The notes under the pieces were generated by a model. That model was not told where the DNA came from. It saw only the letters and a list, made by a program, of their open reading frames with translations, and made no database searches. The translations under genes were made by a program, and so were the position numbers. Positions 1 through 11,383 of a stretch of DNA of 64,000 nt are shown here, in pieces (position 1 is the first letter of the stretch; the number at the start of each line of letters is the position of its first letter). This DNA comes from Epithemia pelagica (lineage: Eukaryota > Protista > Bacillariophyta): assembly GCA_946965045.2 (NCBI GenBank), contig OX337230.1, positions 124,001-188,000 of the forward strand, written 5' to 3'.

Positions 1-2
1 TC

Positions 3-875
3 ACTGAGAGACTGAGCGGTCACTGTACCGCGTCGCTCGTTGGAAATAAAGGTGCGCTCAGATGGGATATCCAAGCGAGGGAGGAATTCAGGTTTAACTT
101 CATGGTCTGCAATCTGCACACTGGCAATCAAACGAGAAGTCAGTTGGTTCGGTTCATAAATCGTCCCCTGAAAGATGGGCTCAGACGATACAACGGAAAT
201 ACCAACCGTATCTGCAGGTTGGTTCCGCGGGAATATGTCCTGATGCGGTTCCCAGTTGTGGTGGGAAGATAGATGGATGTGAGGCAACTGCTCCAGCTCC
301 CGCTGTGATGGCACCCGAGTATCGAAATAAATGATGGTGCCCTGAGTGTGGAACGGGATGACCACGTCTTCGTGGTAAATACCCATTGGGTCTTTGGAAT
401 ATGGGTTGTCCATGACATCGATGCCATTTGCCCTCACTTGATTGGGGTTGACCAGGGAATGCTTCATCTGGTCCCCCATCCACAATGCTTCATTGAAAAT
501 GAGAATAAATTCTTGCCCGTCGGACTGTCGTGTCCATAAGGTGGCTCCGGTGACGACAGGTACGTGCTTAATGGCATCGTATGCTTCAGTGTATGGGGAC
601 ACGTCGCATTCTTTTCCCGTATATGCCAAGACGGTACAATTTGCGCCAAGAACGATAGTATCGGCATGGGTGTCAAGCTCGACGCGCCCTGTCTCACCGA
701 CGACGTTGGTTCTCTTGATGCACGATTTGGAAGAGGACACTGTGCTGCGTGCACTTGATATCAATCTGCATATTGACCGTTGTCTCCCTACTTGCATATA
801 ATTCCTCTTAAGCAATCGTTCACAGAGTAAACTCACGATTTTAGAATAGAGGATAACAAATAGGGAGGGTAACCA
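3..875 (-). CDS. pol: Copia-1 pol N-terminal part (hydrophobic leader, aspartic protease); open to the window edge and missing from the ORF track
   Basis: Manual translation in the gag frame: WLPSLFVILYSKIVSLL...GRVELDTHADTIVLGANCTVLAYTGKECDVSPY...NEALWMGDQMKHSLVNPNQVR...TFISNERRGTVTAQSLS. No stop between 875 and 3. Confidence 0.85.
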
Positions 876-2363
876 TCAGCTGTTCTTAGCTCTGGCTCTC
901 TCATTTCGCCCGCCGAATTTGTTTCCGGCATCATCAGGCACTGGATCTTCTTGATCCTTGTTCGTTGCATCACTGGCTACAGGGATCAAATTCGTAGTGA
1001 TCTCTGCGACTTGCCGTTTGACCTCAGAGAGGAGAGTATCAGCAATGGAGGATACCTCCGATGCTTTGCGTTTGTTTCCAGATTTCTGCTTTTTCTTGCG
1101 TTCATCGATGACCTTTTGTTTGTCGTCGTCGGGGAGATCCTTCCAATTCTTGTAGAATCCCGTGAAGATCGAGCCATCAGGCATGGTAACGCCGCTCTTT
1201 GGTGCCTTTGCACCACGTTGAGGAGTGCTGAACTTGTTGTTGTTGTTTCCTCCGCCACGAATACGTTGGGCCGCGGATACCTTGCGTGCCAGTTGATACT
1301 CCGGCATTTCGCTCACAGCTGCAGCAATATGATTGGCCGCCTATGTGTATGTCAGTCCGTCCATGTCGAACCGGACTTTGAGTGCTTTGACGGTGTCTTG
1401 TAGCTGTGGGTGCTGGACCCTTTTAAACAGCTCTCGAATTTTCGCCGCGTCCGTATACGCTTCCCCCTCGTCTGCATAGATGTTGAACATCTTTTGCAGA
1501 CGATCCAGGAACGTGGTGAAGGGAAGAGAGCGTTCCGATTTGTAATGAAGACTTTCGCGCATGCGATCGGCCGTTGCAATACGGCGACTGGCATTACCTT
1601 CTCCAGCGTAGTGATTGCGAAGAGCGGCCATGTCACGTCGACCATCGGCATAGCGAGTCAAATGCTTGATCCATTGTTCAGCAGTTTCTGAGACTAGGAA
1701 ATTCTTGAGAAGTTGATGGACTTTTCGTGCGTCGGTGCGAAAATGCGTGCCTTGTAGAGGGGCACAAGCAACCATTGTTGCATTGAAGTCGTCTCCAAAA
1801 GTGCCGTTGTGGTCGGGCTGTTCATTCTCACGGACAACGTAGGACAGCGGAACGCCATTAACACCCGGTATGGTGCTTAGATAGTTGACAAACGCGGGCT
1901 CCCAATCGGGCCACTTCCGTTCGTCCTTGAATTTTCCCGGATCGGCAGCCTTGCTAACCGTATCCGCCTGGTCGGCTTCGACCTTGCGAGTCTCGGAGCG
2001 TTCGATTGATTTCGTTAGAACCTCCTTGAACTCATCTTCATCGTTGAGATTGGTAATGTCAGGTCGTGCGGAGCAACGAAAGAAGTCCTGAACCCAATGC
2101 ATGATGCCAAGCATCCATTTGATACGGCGCATGCCGAAAATGATGCGTCCATTAGCGTCGGTGCGCTTCTCAAAGCTTTCAGCCATATTGCGAATATCTG
2201 TTTCGGTAACCCCGGCGAAGTCGCTCAGGGATTGAAAACCACCTTCGTTCCGAATACGAGTCTGGTGCTGGGCATCTGTAAAACCAATCCAAGTGAGAGC
2301 CTGGTTCAGGTCTGCCAATTCTTGTGCCGCCGCTGGTGCGGCTGCCGCTGCTGCTGCTGCCAT
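876..2363 (-). CDS. gag: Copia-1 gag, interrupted by an in-frame TAG at 1341-1343; ends at TGA 876-878
   Basis: ORFs 1341-2363 and 876-1316 are in one frame. Translation across the TAG reads DGLTYT*AANHIAAAVSEMPEYQ. Confidence 0.8.
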
Positions 2364-2864
2364 GTTTCAGTATATATCTGTCTGACAGTTGGTAAGGTAA
2401 AAGCAATTGTATAACAATTAGTATCAGTCGTCGCGAGACAACAACATGCAGAGGTGATCAATCTCCGCTGATAATGCCAGGGTGAGCAAACGCTCAAGTC
2501 CCTCCTTACACAATCTCGACATGCGTCCCGCACGCACGTATGGTCCGAGATTGCGGCGCTCAGTTGCATCCTGTTCGCAGTGGGTCTGATAAACCGAAAG
2601 AAATCGCTCATAACATGGCGGTGTACTCACTAGCTTAGGGGTAACTCAGGATTTCATGCAAAAGAGTGACCATACCGGCCAAGGACTAAGGGATAAGCAT
2701 TATCGCTAGATTCAAGGTATATCGCCAGTGCGCGTCGGCCTCGCTGGGCGGAACGCCTGCCATCTCGTGACAGGAATCTTTCGGGCCGGCGGAGGATTAT
2801 GGGGTCTTGTTTAGGCGCACCTATCCAGTCGATTGGATCGATTCAAATGATTCCTACCAACGGC

Positions 2865-2879
2865 CACAAACGGGAACCA
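2865..2879 (-). promoter_or_regulatory. Primer binding site of Copia-1 (complementary to a tRNA 3' end, ...CGGGAACCA)
   Basis: Minus strand reads TGGTTCCCGTT, complementary to a CCA-ended tRNA. The GGAACCA end resembles eukaryotic tRNA-Glu (inference). Confidence 0.6.
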
Positions 2880-3349
2880 ACTAGCTAGGAATATGAAGGA
2901 GATGAAGGAGTAACTCATGTTCTTCCTCCAACTCCTAGGAGTAGCTCCTACTCCTAGGAGTAGTAGAGGCTTTTCTCCTATGGAGGAGTGTTCTCCCTAT
3001 AAAGCACGTTATTGCATTCGTATTCTTCGAGAGAGATGCATACTTAGTCTCTTGGTCTCTCTGTCACGCTGTCCTCTGGCTCGTTATGGCCCGTGCTCCA
3101 TGAAGGGCAAGGTCTTTGTTCATCATGTTCTTGTCATGGCAAACTTCTTCCATTTGCACACATCATTGGGAATGTTTCCCACTCGATTTGGTTGTCGAAG
3201 AGACAATTTGTGGTGGTCTTCCAACATTCATAGGTAGCTCTTCCTCGAGCCGAGAGTACGTCCTCACAAACGAAACGGGTCATCCTAATAGCACGTATTA
3301 TTAGTAGGTCAGCACACACACAAGTTCAAGTGTGGCAAACATCACAACA
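2880..3349 (-). repeat. Putative 5' LTR of Copia-1
   Basis: Lies directly upstream of the PBS and starts TGTTG on the minus strand (alternative start at 3358). The partner LTR is not in the window, so boundaries are approximate. Confidence 0.5.
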
Positions 3350-3571
3350 AGTGCAACAGCTACATTGATCAAATAAATCAAGAATAGTCTAGAATGCATG
3401 TCCTTTCATGCTTGGGTTCAGTGACTACGAAAAACATGGGCTTGGAATCTCCCAACGACGATACTCTGGAGAGTGGCGTGCATTGCTGTCGTTGTAGTCT
3501 TGTGTTGGTGATATAGGAAACTCATCGGAAGGACTGTCCCCCCGTGGTGGTCGTGGAGGGAGGGTTGGTAC

Positions 3572-4771
3572 TCACAATATCCAACAGCTCCATGCAACAT
3601 GTTGCACCTTTCCGGAATTGTCCTTCCCATAATTACCACATCGCCAATTCGCTATCGTGGAGAAGAGTGAAATAGCACCATCTAGGAAACCCGTTCCTTC
3701 TCGAAAATGATTGGGCGGCTGCTCAGAGAGTCGACGAAAGCACCACGAATTCTTGTCCATAAGTGATAATGTCGCACAAGTAGGATGCCGAATCCCACCA
3801 ATCACGGCAACTTGATTGGCAACCGTTACCATACTGCAGCGATGGCTATTTCCGATTGATGGGAGATTCCACACCCGGTTGCGGTGCGTATCCAAGACAT
3901 GCACGGTACCACTGTATCCTCCGGTCACAACCAGACAAGATCCCACGGCAACCATTGCACAAAGACCTGGTGGGTCAGGAAGCACCAAATCAGAGTGACT
4001 GGTCCAAACAGAAGAGAAGGAACTGGCTGTAGTCGAAAAGTCGTCTTTGGCAAACTCCAAATACTCGACCGAGTCAAGTTTGTCGAAATGGTTTTTGCCT
4101 CCCACGACAAAGATGCGGTGACCAATGACCGCACTGGCACAAAATGATCGAGGAACGTTCATAGATGGACCTGCAGTGATAGAATGATTGCTGGTATCAA
4201 TAATATCCACCGACGACAATTCTTCCCCTCCGTCCCATCCACCCATTACTACAAGGTATCGGTTTCGAACTGCAACAGCACAACATCCATATTTTATCGT
4301 TGATAATCGACAAGTTAATGTCGTCCACGGGCTCTCATACGTAGGAGTACTGCTTGTTGTGAAAGATGTCTGCAGCAAATCATTCGAATCAATTCGTTCC
4401 AGACAATCCCAAATTGAAGTTTCACTGAGTCCTCCCATGACGTAAACTCCACCGTTGCACACAACAGCGGCATGTGCGCGGCGTCTCTTGTTCATGGGCG
4501 GACCTTCTCGCCATTGCTTGTCTGGCTCTGCAAAATTCAATACCAGAACAGAATTCGTCGCATGGTCTTCGTGATATCCTCCCATGACGACGACCGCCTG
4601 TGCCTTGTTGTTATTGTTGTCGTCGTTTTCGTGGTGGTCAAGTGCGACCGAAGCATGATCATAACGGTGTCCACCCTCATGAGGAGGCCAGCCATTTTTA
4701 TCCCATTGTGTCGTCTCCTCCAAAAGGACAAGGCCCGACTGCCGTACTTGTTCTTGCCATGTCGTCGGCAT
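3572..4771 (-). CDS. Kelch-repeat beta-propeller protein, paralog 1
   Basis: Repeated kelch motifs (VYVMGG, LVVMGG, IFVVGG, W...GPPMNKRR); no BTB or F-box domain visible. Confidence 0.85.
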   Translation of the reverse strand: MPTTWQEQVRQSGLVLLEETTQWDKNGWPPHEGGHRYDHASVALDHHENDDNNNNKAQAVVVMGGYHEDHATNSVLVLNFAEPDKQWREGPPMNKRRRAHAAVVCNGGVYVMGGLSETSIWDCLERIDSNDLLQTSFTTSSTPTYESPWTTLTCRLSTIKYGCCAVAVRNRYLVVMGGWDGGEELSSVDIIDTSNHSITAGPSMNVPRSFCASAVIGHRIFVVGGKNHFDKLDSVEYLEFAKDDFSTTASSFSSVWTSHSDLVLPDPPGLCAMVAVGSCLVVTGGYSGTVHVLDTHRNRVWNLPSIGNSHRCSMVTVANQVAVIGGIRHPTCATLSLMDKNSWCFRRLSEQPPNHFREGTGFLDGAISLFSTIANWRCGNYGKDNSGKVQHVAWSCWIL

Positions 4772-5281
4772 GGTTGTCCAAACGTTTTGAGTGCGCAGAA
4801 TCGGGAGAGATCGGGCGTTTGATGGGGCGTTTGATGGGTGCGGACTGCGCGATGTGTATCGATGGAGACTATTACGCGTGGAAGCTTTGGAGCCAGAGTG
4901 TCTGTCGTACGTACGCTATCGCACATAGACTTCATGACAAAGCTACAGTATCTTTTTTGACCAGAGAAGGACAAGCATGTTCTCAAAAGAGCAGCCAACG
5001 ACAAACGATGGACAACATCAACCAGAGCAGAGCGGCGGCGCATCATCCTGTTGTCCTCGTTGACTAGTAGCAAGTGAACCGAAGTCGAGCTCTGTGACGT
5101 GGTGCAGTGTTCTTCTGTGAATGTACATGTACATGGAACATGCGTCGAGAAATGCAGGCATGCATCATAAAGAGATGAGTGGTGTCGTATGGACCGCGGG
5201 CTGCTGGTGTTGGTTTCACCTTCTGTCTGCACCATGTGGTCGTTGCCTCGTGCCAAGTCTTGTGTCAACCTGTATTCTAGT

Positions 5282-6496
5282 TCACCAAACCAAACTGCGA
5301 GCAGGATAGTGTCGCACATGGGCTCGCATACGCAAGCAAAATCCCTCCTCCAAGGATCTCAATGCAGAAGCATGCTCACAACACCGACCGAGAACAACCA
5401 TCCTGTCTGTACTAGATCTTTGCGGAGTGTTGAAAGAGACGACACCATGGCGGCTGCTCCCCGCGCCTGCTGTTCCAGAATCAATGTGACGGCTCCACTC
5501 AAGCATTGCCATCCCGTTGCTCCTTGAAACGAGACTACAACAAAAAATCCTCCACCAGTATGGATCACAGTTGCCGTTGCCTCATCAGGCAAACGTCTAA
5601 TGACTGCTCCCTTCACTCGTCAATTCACGATGCTTATACGAAAGAAAGAAAACAATGCAGCCAATTCCAACACCATTGTTCCATCCGAGAGGCCAACAAC
5701 ACTAGGACGACGTCCCACAAATGCCATCGACAAAGAATCAGAAGAGAACATGTCGTTTTTGTGCATCGAAAATGAAGCAAGAGAATGAAACAAGAGTTTC
5801 ATGGGTCAATGTTACGTCGAAACGACCCGCAACCTAAAAGAGCCAAGAAAAAGGGCTCGAGAATGAACAAAGCCAATTGAGGACGGGTGCATCTGGGGAT
5901 GAGTCTCCCCGATCAATCAACCAGTGCTGTGGTGTGGGCTATACAATGCTTCCCAAACGGTGTCGCATAAAATTCCAAACTCTCTACCAAATTGTTGGTA
6001 CAAGTATCGACAATCCAAATTTCGTCTTCCAGCAGAGAAGCGGCGATTGACCGACATGGGTGTGGACCCGGTACGACGAATTCAAAATCTGTCCAATGGA
6101 AACAACCTGCACTGTCGGTGGACATTTGTTGTGTGATTCTGGAATCGACAATGTCAACCAGCAGAGGCAATGAGTAACCAATTGTGAATACAAGCGTGTC
6201 CACAAAAGGGCTCATCAAAGGGCTGGATCGTATGTACCGTGAGCTTGGCCTTTGCACGAGGTGGAAAAGTCGGACAGAAAAGGAATCAATGTGAAGAAGA
6301 AAATACTTGAAACGCCACCTGCCATACTAAACAGGAGTTCATGAATGCTACAAACTGGCCGTGGCCGATGCATGCACCATGGCGATTGCTTGACGACAAG
6401 TAGGAATCTATTAGTATCATAGGCACGGTGCTCTTTGATCCCAGCTAGTTGTGGTGTCCTTTCGACAGCGCAAGCTAATTCTGTAAAATGAGTCAT
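5282..6496 (-). other. Possible degraded coding remnant between kelch 1 and kelch 2 (unidentified)
   Basis: Overlapping short minus-strand ORFs with protein-like composition (6215-6496, 5913-6257) in different frames; no recognisable motif. Confidence 0.2.
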
Positions 6497-6610
6497 TAAC
6501 TAATAGGATTCCAAACGTAACACAGGAGTGTTATGATCTTCATCGAAGCTTAAAATTTGTGATATAAACATGGACAACAATTAAGGTAGAATTTGCATGA
6601 TATTGCTTCC

Positions 6611-7885
6611 TCAGTTTTTCACGTTACTTGCAACATGTTGCACATTTGCAGTGCAATCCTCCTCTTTGCCATCATGACATGTATTGGTCCTCACTCGCTT
6701 ACGAATTGATGTCGAGGTAGTGCAGGATGTAGCATTGATATCTCCAATGTGCATTCCTTGACGAGAATGAAAGCATCGGTTCGGATGCTGCTCACAGAGT
6801 CGACGAAAACACCATGTACACTTGTCGACTATTCCAAATGTTGCACAGCTATGATCCAGAAACCCACTAATCGCGGCAACTTGATTGGCAACAGTCACCA
6901 AAGTAAAGTCAGCGCGGTCATTTCCGAATGGAGGGAGATTCCACACGCGGTTGCGGTGCGTATCCAATATATCTACTTCCACGATTGGATTGTCTCGTCC
7001 TCCGGCCATAACTAGACAAGATCCCACGGCAACCACTGCACAAGTACTTCGTGGGTGGGAAAGCACCAAATCAGAATGAGCGTTCCAAGTGGACGAGAAG
7101 GAAATGACTGCAGCAGACGAATTGTCGTCTTTTCTCTCCTTAGTGTCACGAGACTTGGCAAATTCCAAGTACTCCACCGAGTCAAGATTGTTGTCAAGCT
7201 CATCACGACCTCCAACGACAAAGATTCGCTGGCCAACAACCGCACTGGCACAGAATGATCGAGGACCGTTCATGGATGGTCCCGTAGTGACAATGTCATT
7301 GCTGGTATCGAGAATCTCAACCGACGACAAGGCCGTGTATTCCTTGTCACGGCCACCCGATATAACAATGTATCGGTTGTGAACCGCAACAGCACAACAT
7401 GATCTTCGTTTCGTTGATAATCGACATTTCAATGTCGTCCAATGACCTTCCTGCGTGGTGGTGGTTGTTAAGGATGATTGTAGCAAATCATTGGCATCGA
7501 TTCGTTCGATACAATTCAAAGTTGACCCTAAACTGTCTCCTCCCATCACGTAAACTCCACCGTTGCACACAACAGCGGCATGTGCGCGGCGTCTCTTGTT
7601 CATGGGCGGACCTTCCCGCCACTGCTTGTCTGGGTCTGCCATCTTTAGAATAAGAACGGAATTGGAGGAATAAATATTTTGTGGTTCCATTCCGCCCAAC
7701 ACGACGACCGTTTGTCTCTTGTTGTTGTTGTTATCGTTCTTATCGGAATGATCGAGTACGACCGTAGCATGATGACAACGGCATCCACCCTCAAGAGAAG
7801 GCCAGTCGTTTTCATTCCATTCAAATGTCTCGTCCAAAAGGACAAGGCCCGACTGCCATGCTTGTTCTTTCAGTGTCATGCTCAT
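6611..7885 (-). CDS. Kelch-repeat beta-propeller protein, paralog 2
   Basis: Same motif series as paralog 1 and the shared N-terminus EQxxQSGLVLL(D/E)ET. Confidence 0.85.
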   Translation of the reverse strand: MSMTLKEQAWQSGLVLLDETFEWNENDWPSLEGGCRCHHATVVLDHSDKNDNNNNKRQTVVVLGGMEPQNIYSSNSVLILKMADPDKQWREGPPMNKRRRAHAAVVCNGGVYVMGGDSLGSTLNCIERIDANDLLQSSLTTTTTQEGHWTTLKCRLSTKRRSCCAVAVHNRYIVISGGRDKEYTALSSVEILDTSNDIVTTGPSMNGPRSFCASAVVGQRIFVVGGRDELDNNLDSVEYLEFAKSRDTKERKDDNSSAAVISFSSTWNAHSDLVLSHPRSTCAVVAVGSCLVMAGGRDNPIVEVDILDTHRNRVWNLPPFGNDRADFTLVTVANQVAAISGFLDHSCATFGIVDKCTWCFRRLCEQHPNRCFHSRQGMHIGDINATSCTTSTSIRKRVRTNTCHDGKEEDCTANVQHVASNVKN

Positions 7886-8109
7886 GGTTTACTCACTTTG
7901 GCGAACACACCAAAACAACACAAAACCGCGGAAAATTTTTTTGGGCGTGGGTGTGGAGCGTATGGTTGTCTGTCGTCCGTACGGATCGCACATAGCCTCC
8001 GTGACACGTCCACAGTATTTTTTTCGTTTGATCGCAATTTTTGTCGAAGCGACGATCATTGTGTTTGTCTTTGTGAAATGGTGAGGATATTTCTTGCATT
8101 TCATTTTTT

Positions 8110-9729
8110 TCAGACGAGACTGACAGTTTCAAGAGTTGCCTTCTCACCCATCCACAAGTGGGTCCTCCTCTGTCGCCCGAACTCGTCGACTTCCGAACTT
8201 TTTGAAACAGACACGGTGGCACAAGCGCAAAAACACTTGCAAGACAATGACATATTGACAATATATCCAAACCCTGGTAGCAGCGACAACATGGCAGAAT
8301 TTTGTTTGAGTCTGGCTTGGTATATTCCTTGAGCCGAGAGTGTTGGTCGAACTCGCCAGATGACTTGTACTCGGTGGAAGTCGCTGAAGAATTGGAGAAA
8401 TGGATACTTTGGCACTTGCATAATGCTTTGGAATCGTGGAATATGGCACCGTATAGTGGCTCTGCTATTTCCAAGCTCTTGTTTGTCAACGATAAGCGGG
8501 ACAAATGCCGCATGCCGACGGCTCCAGAGACGAGTTCGCGTCCTACTATGGAAGCAACAAGAGATATCTTTGGGCTTTGGAAAACATCCAACAAGCAACA
8601 AACACACATATCCAGTGTTTTCTTTGTATGTAGAGTCGAGAATGAGGGGAGTACTGACAAAAGGTGCGCTACGGTACCATGAATCACATGTTTACGGAAC
8701 CAAGACTGTTTCGGTGTGCTCTTCCATTTTGTGGGTTACTGTGGCCCCTTCGTTTTGCTGCTCCCACTTTCGTCTTGAAAGACAACAGGACCATTGGGAT
8801 CCATGGATCCTTTCAAAACTGGCGAATGGAATGCTGTTTGTCGGTCCAGTCGGTTTCCAACGGACGAGAATGCCTGCGGATATCAAGAGAAGTCTTTTGA
8901 CAACCAAAGTAGTCACTGTGAAAGATGCAGTGCCATGTCGTTGTTTGAACAGCAAGACGATCGCAATTTTCACGGCCACGTTGGTACTGATCCGTTGACG
9001 TTTGACCTGATATCGTCAGGCATAGATGCCTGCTCTCTTGAATTGCAAACACTTTTGCAAGAAGCCACCTTCTAGATTTTGGAAGTTTTGCAACCACTGG
9101 ACGATACGAAACAGTACGAGGCATTGTTCTGTGGCGTAAAATTCCAATTTCGCAACCAAAGTGTTGGTGCAGGTATTCTTTTCCTTGTGTCGACCGACGA
9201 CAATCCCAATGCCATTGCCCGCCGTTGCCATTGCCCTCCACGGCGGTTCCAAAATGTCAGTGGAAACGAAATTGGACAAACGGCGTTGTCCATGGGCACG
9301 TGTGGCATGTTATGCCGCCTCCAAAGAACAAACAACAGGCCTGTTCCACAAGGGTAGACGAACGCAGGGCCATGACAAAGGACGACAACAACAAATGAAT
9401 GAGGTAGCGTATACGATAGTGCAAGTTATTGGGCGACGTGGGAAAAGGCGAGCCACCAGAACAAGACGCCAAAGGAAAGAGGCGTCCTCAACAAGGCATG
9501 GAAGAGGTCGAAAAACTTTGAAGGAGGATAAGGATTGTTTAGGAGGGCGTTTGGCTTGGTTGTGGTCGTTCACCAGAAGTTGTGACTGTTCCACTCGGTC
9601 ACCGTTGTTGTCGTCGTTGTCATTACGCACGGGACGATTTCTCATTTTTTTTCTAGGGCCTTGTCGTCGTCGTGTTGCTTTTGCCACACTGGCAATTCCC
9701 AACCGCGTGCAGCGAGAACAGCAGACCAT
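8110..9729 (-). pseudogene. Possible frameshifted pseudogene, weakly glycosyltransferase family 14-like
   Basis: Chain of minus-strand ORFs in shifting frames. It includes a TM-like stretch (FLWRLVLVARLF) and GSQWSCCLSRR...EEHTETVL, which loosely recalls GT14 GSQW..LSR and (D/E)E.FF.TVL. Weak. Confidence 0.2.
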
Positions 9730-10246
9730 ATAAGCACTTTGTTGCTGCCGCAGCTTTTCTTGGCATGATGAGATTCTTCAGAAATCGGCATTTCATCTCG
9801 AGAAGTACAAGCCTCATTATAATTCAGAACGGCAGCCGCCTAATTGGGACTGTTCAAAGCACTTTGTTCGAATGACGTGCGTGGATTGACGCGAGAGAGT
9901 CGACGCACTGTTGTTGTTTTGGACGAACCAAAACACCAAGAGACTAAAATAAAAAGAATAGGTGGAGACTTTCGGATCTTATGGAACTTCTTTTAATGTA
10001 TATAGGTTTGCTTTTTCGCATGAGAAACCAGTCGCATGAACTTTGCCGTTAATTCGACGCAGAGCTAACGGAACTAATGGGTGCTTTGTCCTTGAACGGA
10101 CGACTTGTTTTCTACAACATGATGCTTCCTATGGAGATCATGCCAATCCTAGTATAGCTTCTCCTCCTGTCAGGTCAATCGATCACTGCAATTTGGGCCA
10201 ATTCCATTACAATAACGAACAATAGAAACAAGTGTCATCCCTCGAT

Positions 10247-11383
10247 TTACACACGGTAGGTATGGGTTGCAGCATTGCCATCTCCAATACTCATTCCTGC
10301 CTGAAAATGGTTCCATCCGTTGGGCTGCTGCTCACAGAGTTGACGAAAACACCACGTATTCTTGTCCATGATTGGTAATGTCGCACATGTAGGATTCTCA
10401 AATCCTCCAATCACGGCAACTTGATTGACAACAGTTACCATACTGAAGTCACTGCGGTAATTTCCGGATGGTGGAAGATTCCACACGCGGTTGCGGTGCG
10501 TATCCAAGACTTCCACGGTACGACTGTATCCTCCGGCCACCAGCAGACAGGATCCCACGGCAACCACTGCTCTTCCTCGTGCAATAGAAAGTGCCAAATT
10601 AGAATGAGCGGTCCAGGTGGACGAGAAGCAAATGACTGTAGACAAAGTGTCGTCTTTGACAAAGTCCAAATACTCCACCGAGTCAAGATAGCCATTCTCG
10701 TTACGGCCTCCAACGACAAAGATGCGATGCCCAATGACCGCACTGGAACAAAATGATCGAGGAACAGCCATGCTTGGTCCCAGAGTGACAGTGTGGTTCC
10801 TGGTATCAACAATATCCACCGACGAAAAACAACACATGTTGTAGATCCTTCCACCTATTACCACAATGTATCGATTGTGAACCGCAACAGCACAACACCC
10901 TCGTCGCCGCATTGATAATCGACATTTCAATGTCGTCCAATGACCTTCCTGCGTGGTGGTTGTTGTTGTTAAGGATGATTGAAGCAAAACATTAACATCA
11001 ATGCGTTCGAGACAATCCAAAATTCTTTCATTGTTGTATCCTCCCATCACGTAGACGCCGCCATTGCATACAACAGCGGCATGTCCCAAACGTTTCTGAT
11101 TCATGGGTGGCCCTTCTCGCCACTGCATGTCTGAGTCTGCCAGATTTAGAACAAGAACGGAATTGGTAGCATCCTGGGCTTGTTGATGATAGCCTCCCAT
11201 CACGACGACAGTTTGTTCCTTGTTGTTGTCATTGTCCGTATCAGGAGGATTTAGTACGACCGAAGCATGATCCTTTCGCCATCCACCCTCAAGAGGAGGC
11301 CAGTCCATGAAGCTCCATTCAAGTGTCTCTTCCAAAAGGACAAGGCCCGACTGCGATGCTTGTTTTTGCAGCGTCATTGTCAT
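10247..11383 (-). CDS. Kelch-repeat beta-propeller protein, paralog 3
   Basis: Same motif series; shares HRNRVWNLP and MDKNxWCFR with the other copies. Confidence 0.85.
   Translation of the reverse strand: MTMTLQKQASQSGLVLLEETLEWSFMDWPPLEGGWRKDHASVVLNPPDTDNDNNKEQTVVVMGGYHQQAQDATNSVLVLNLADSDMQWREGPPMNQKRLGHAAVVCNGGVYVMGGYNNERILDCLERIDVNVLLQSSLTTTTTTQEGHWTTLKCRLSMRRRGCCAVAVHNRYIVVIGGRIYNMCCFSSVDIVDTRNHTVTLGPSMAVPRSFCSSAVIGHRIFVVGGRNENGYLDSVEYLDFVKDDTLSTVICFSSTWTAHSNLALSIARGRAVVAVGSCLLVAGGYSRTVEVLDTHRNRVWNLPPSGNYRSDFSMVTVVNQVAVIGGFENPTCATLPIMDKNTWCFRQLCEQQPNGWNHFQAGMSIGDGNAATHTYRV

Larger units (their letters stand above)
1..3349 (-). mobile_element. Copia-1: Ty1/Copia LTR retrotransposon, 5' part only (5' LTR, PBS, gag, start of pol); continues past the left edge
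   Basis: Gag-like ORF (GKFKDERKWPDWE...YLSTIPGVNGVPLSYVVRE) and an in-frame pol start with GRVELDTHADTIVLGANC, a protease motif typical of diatom Copia. A tRNA-type PBS lies at 2865-2879. The other end is outside the window, so LTR and TSD cannot be confirmed. Confidence 0.85.
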
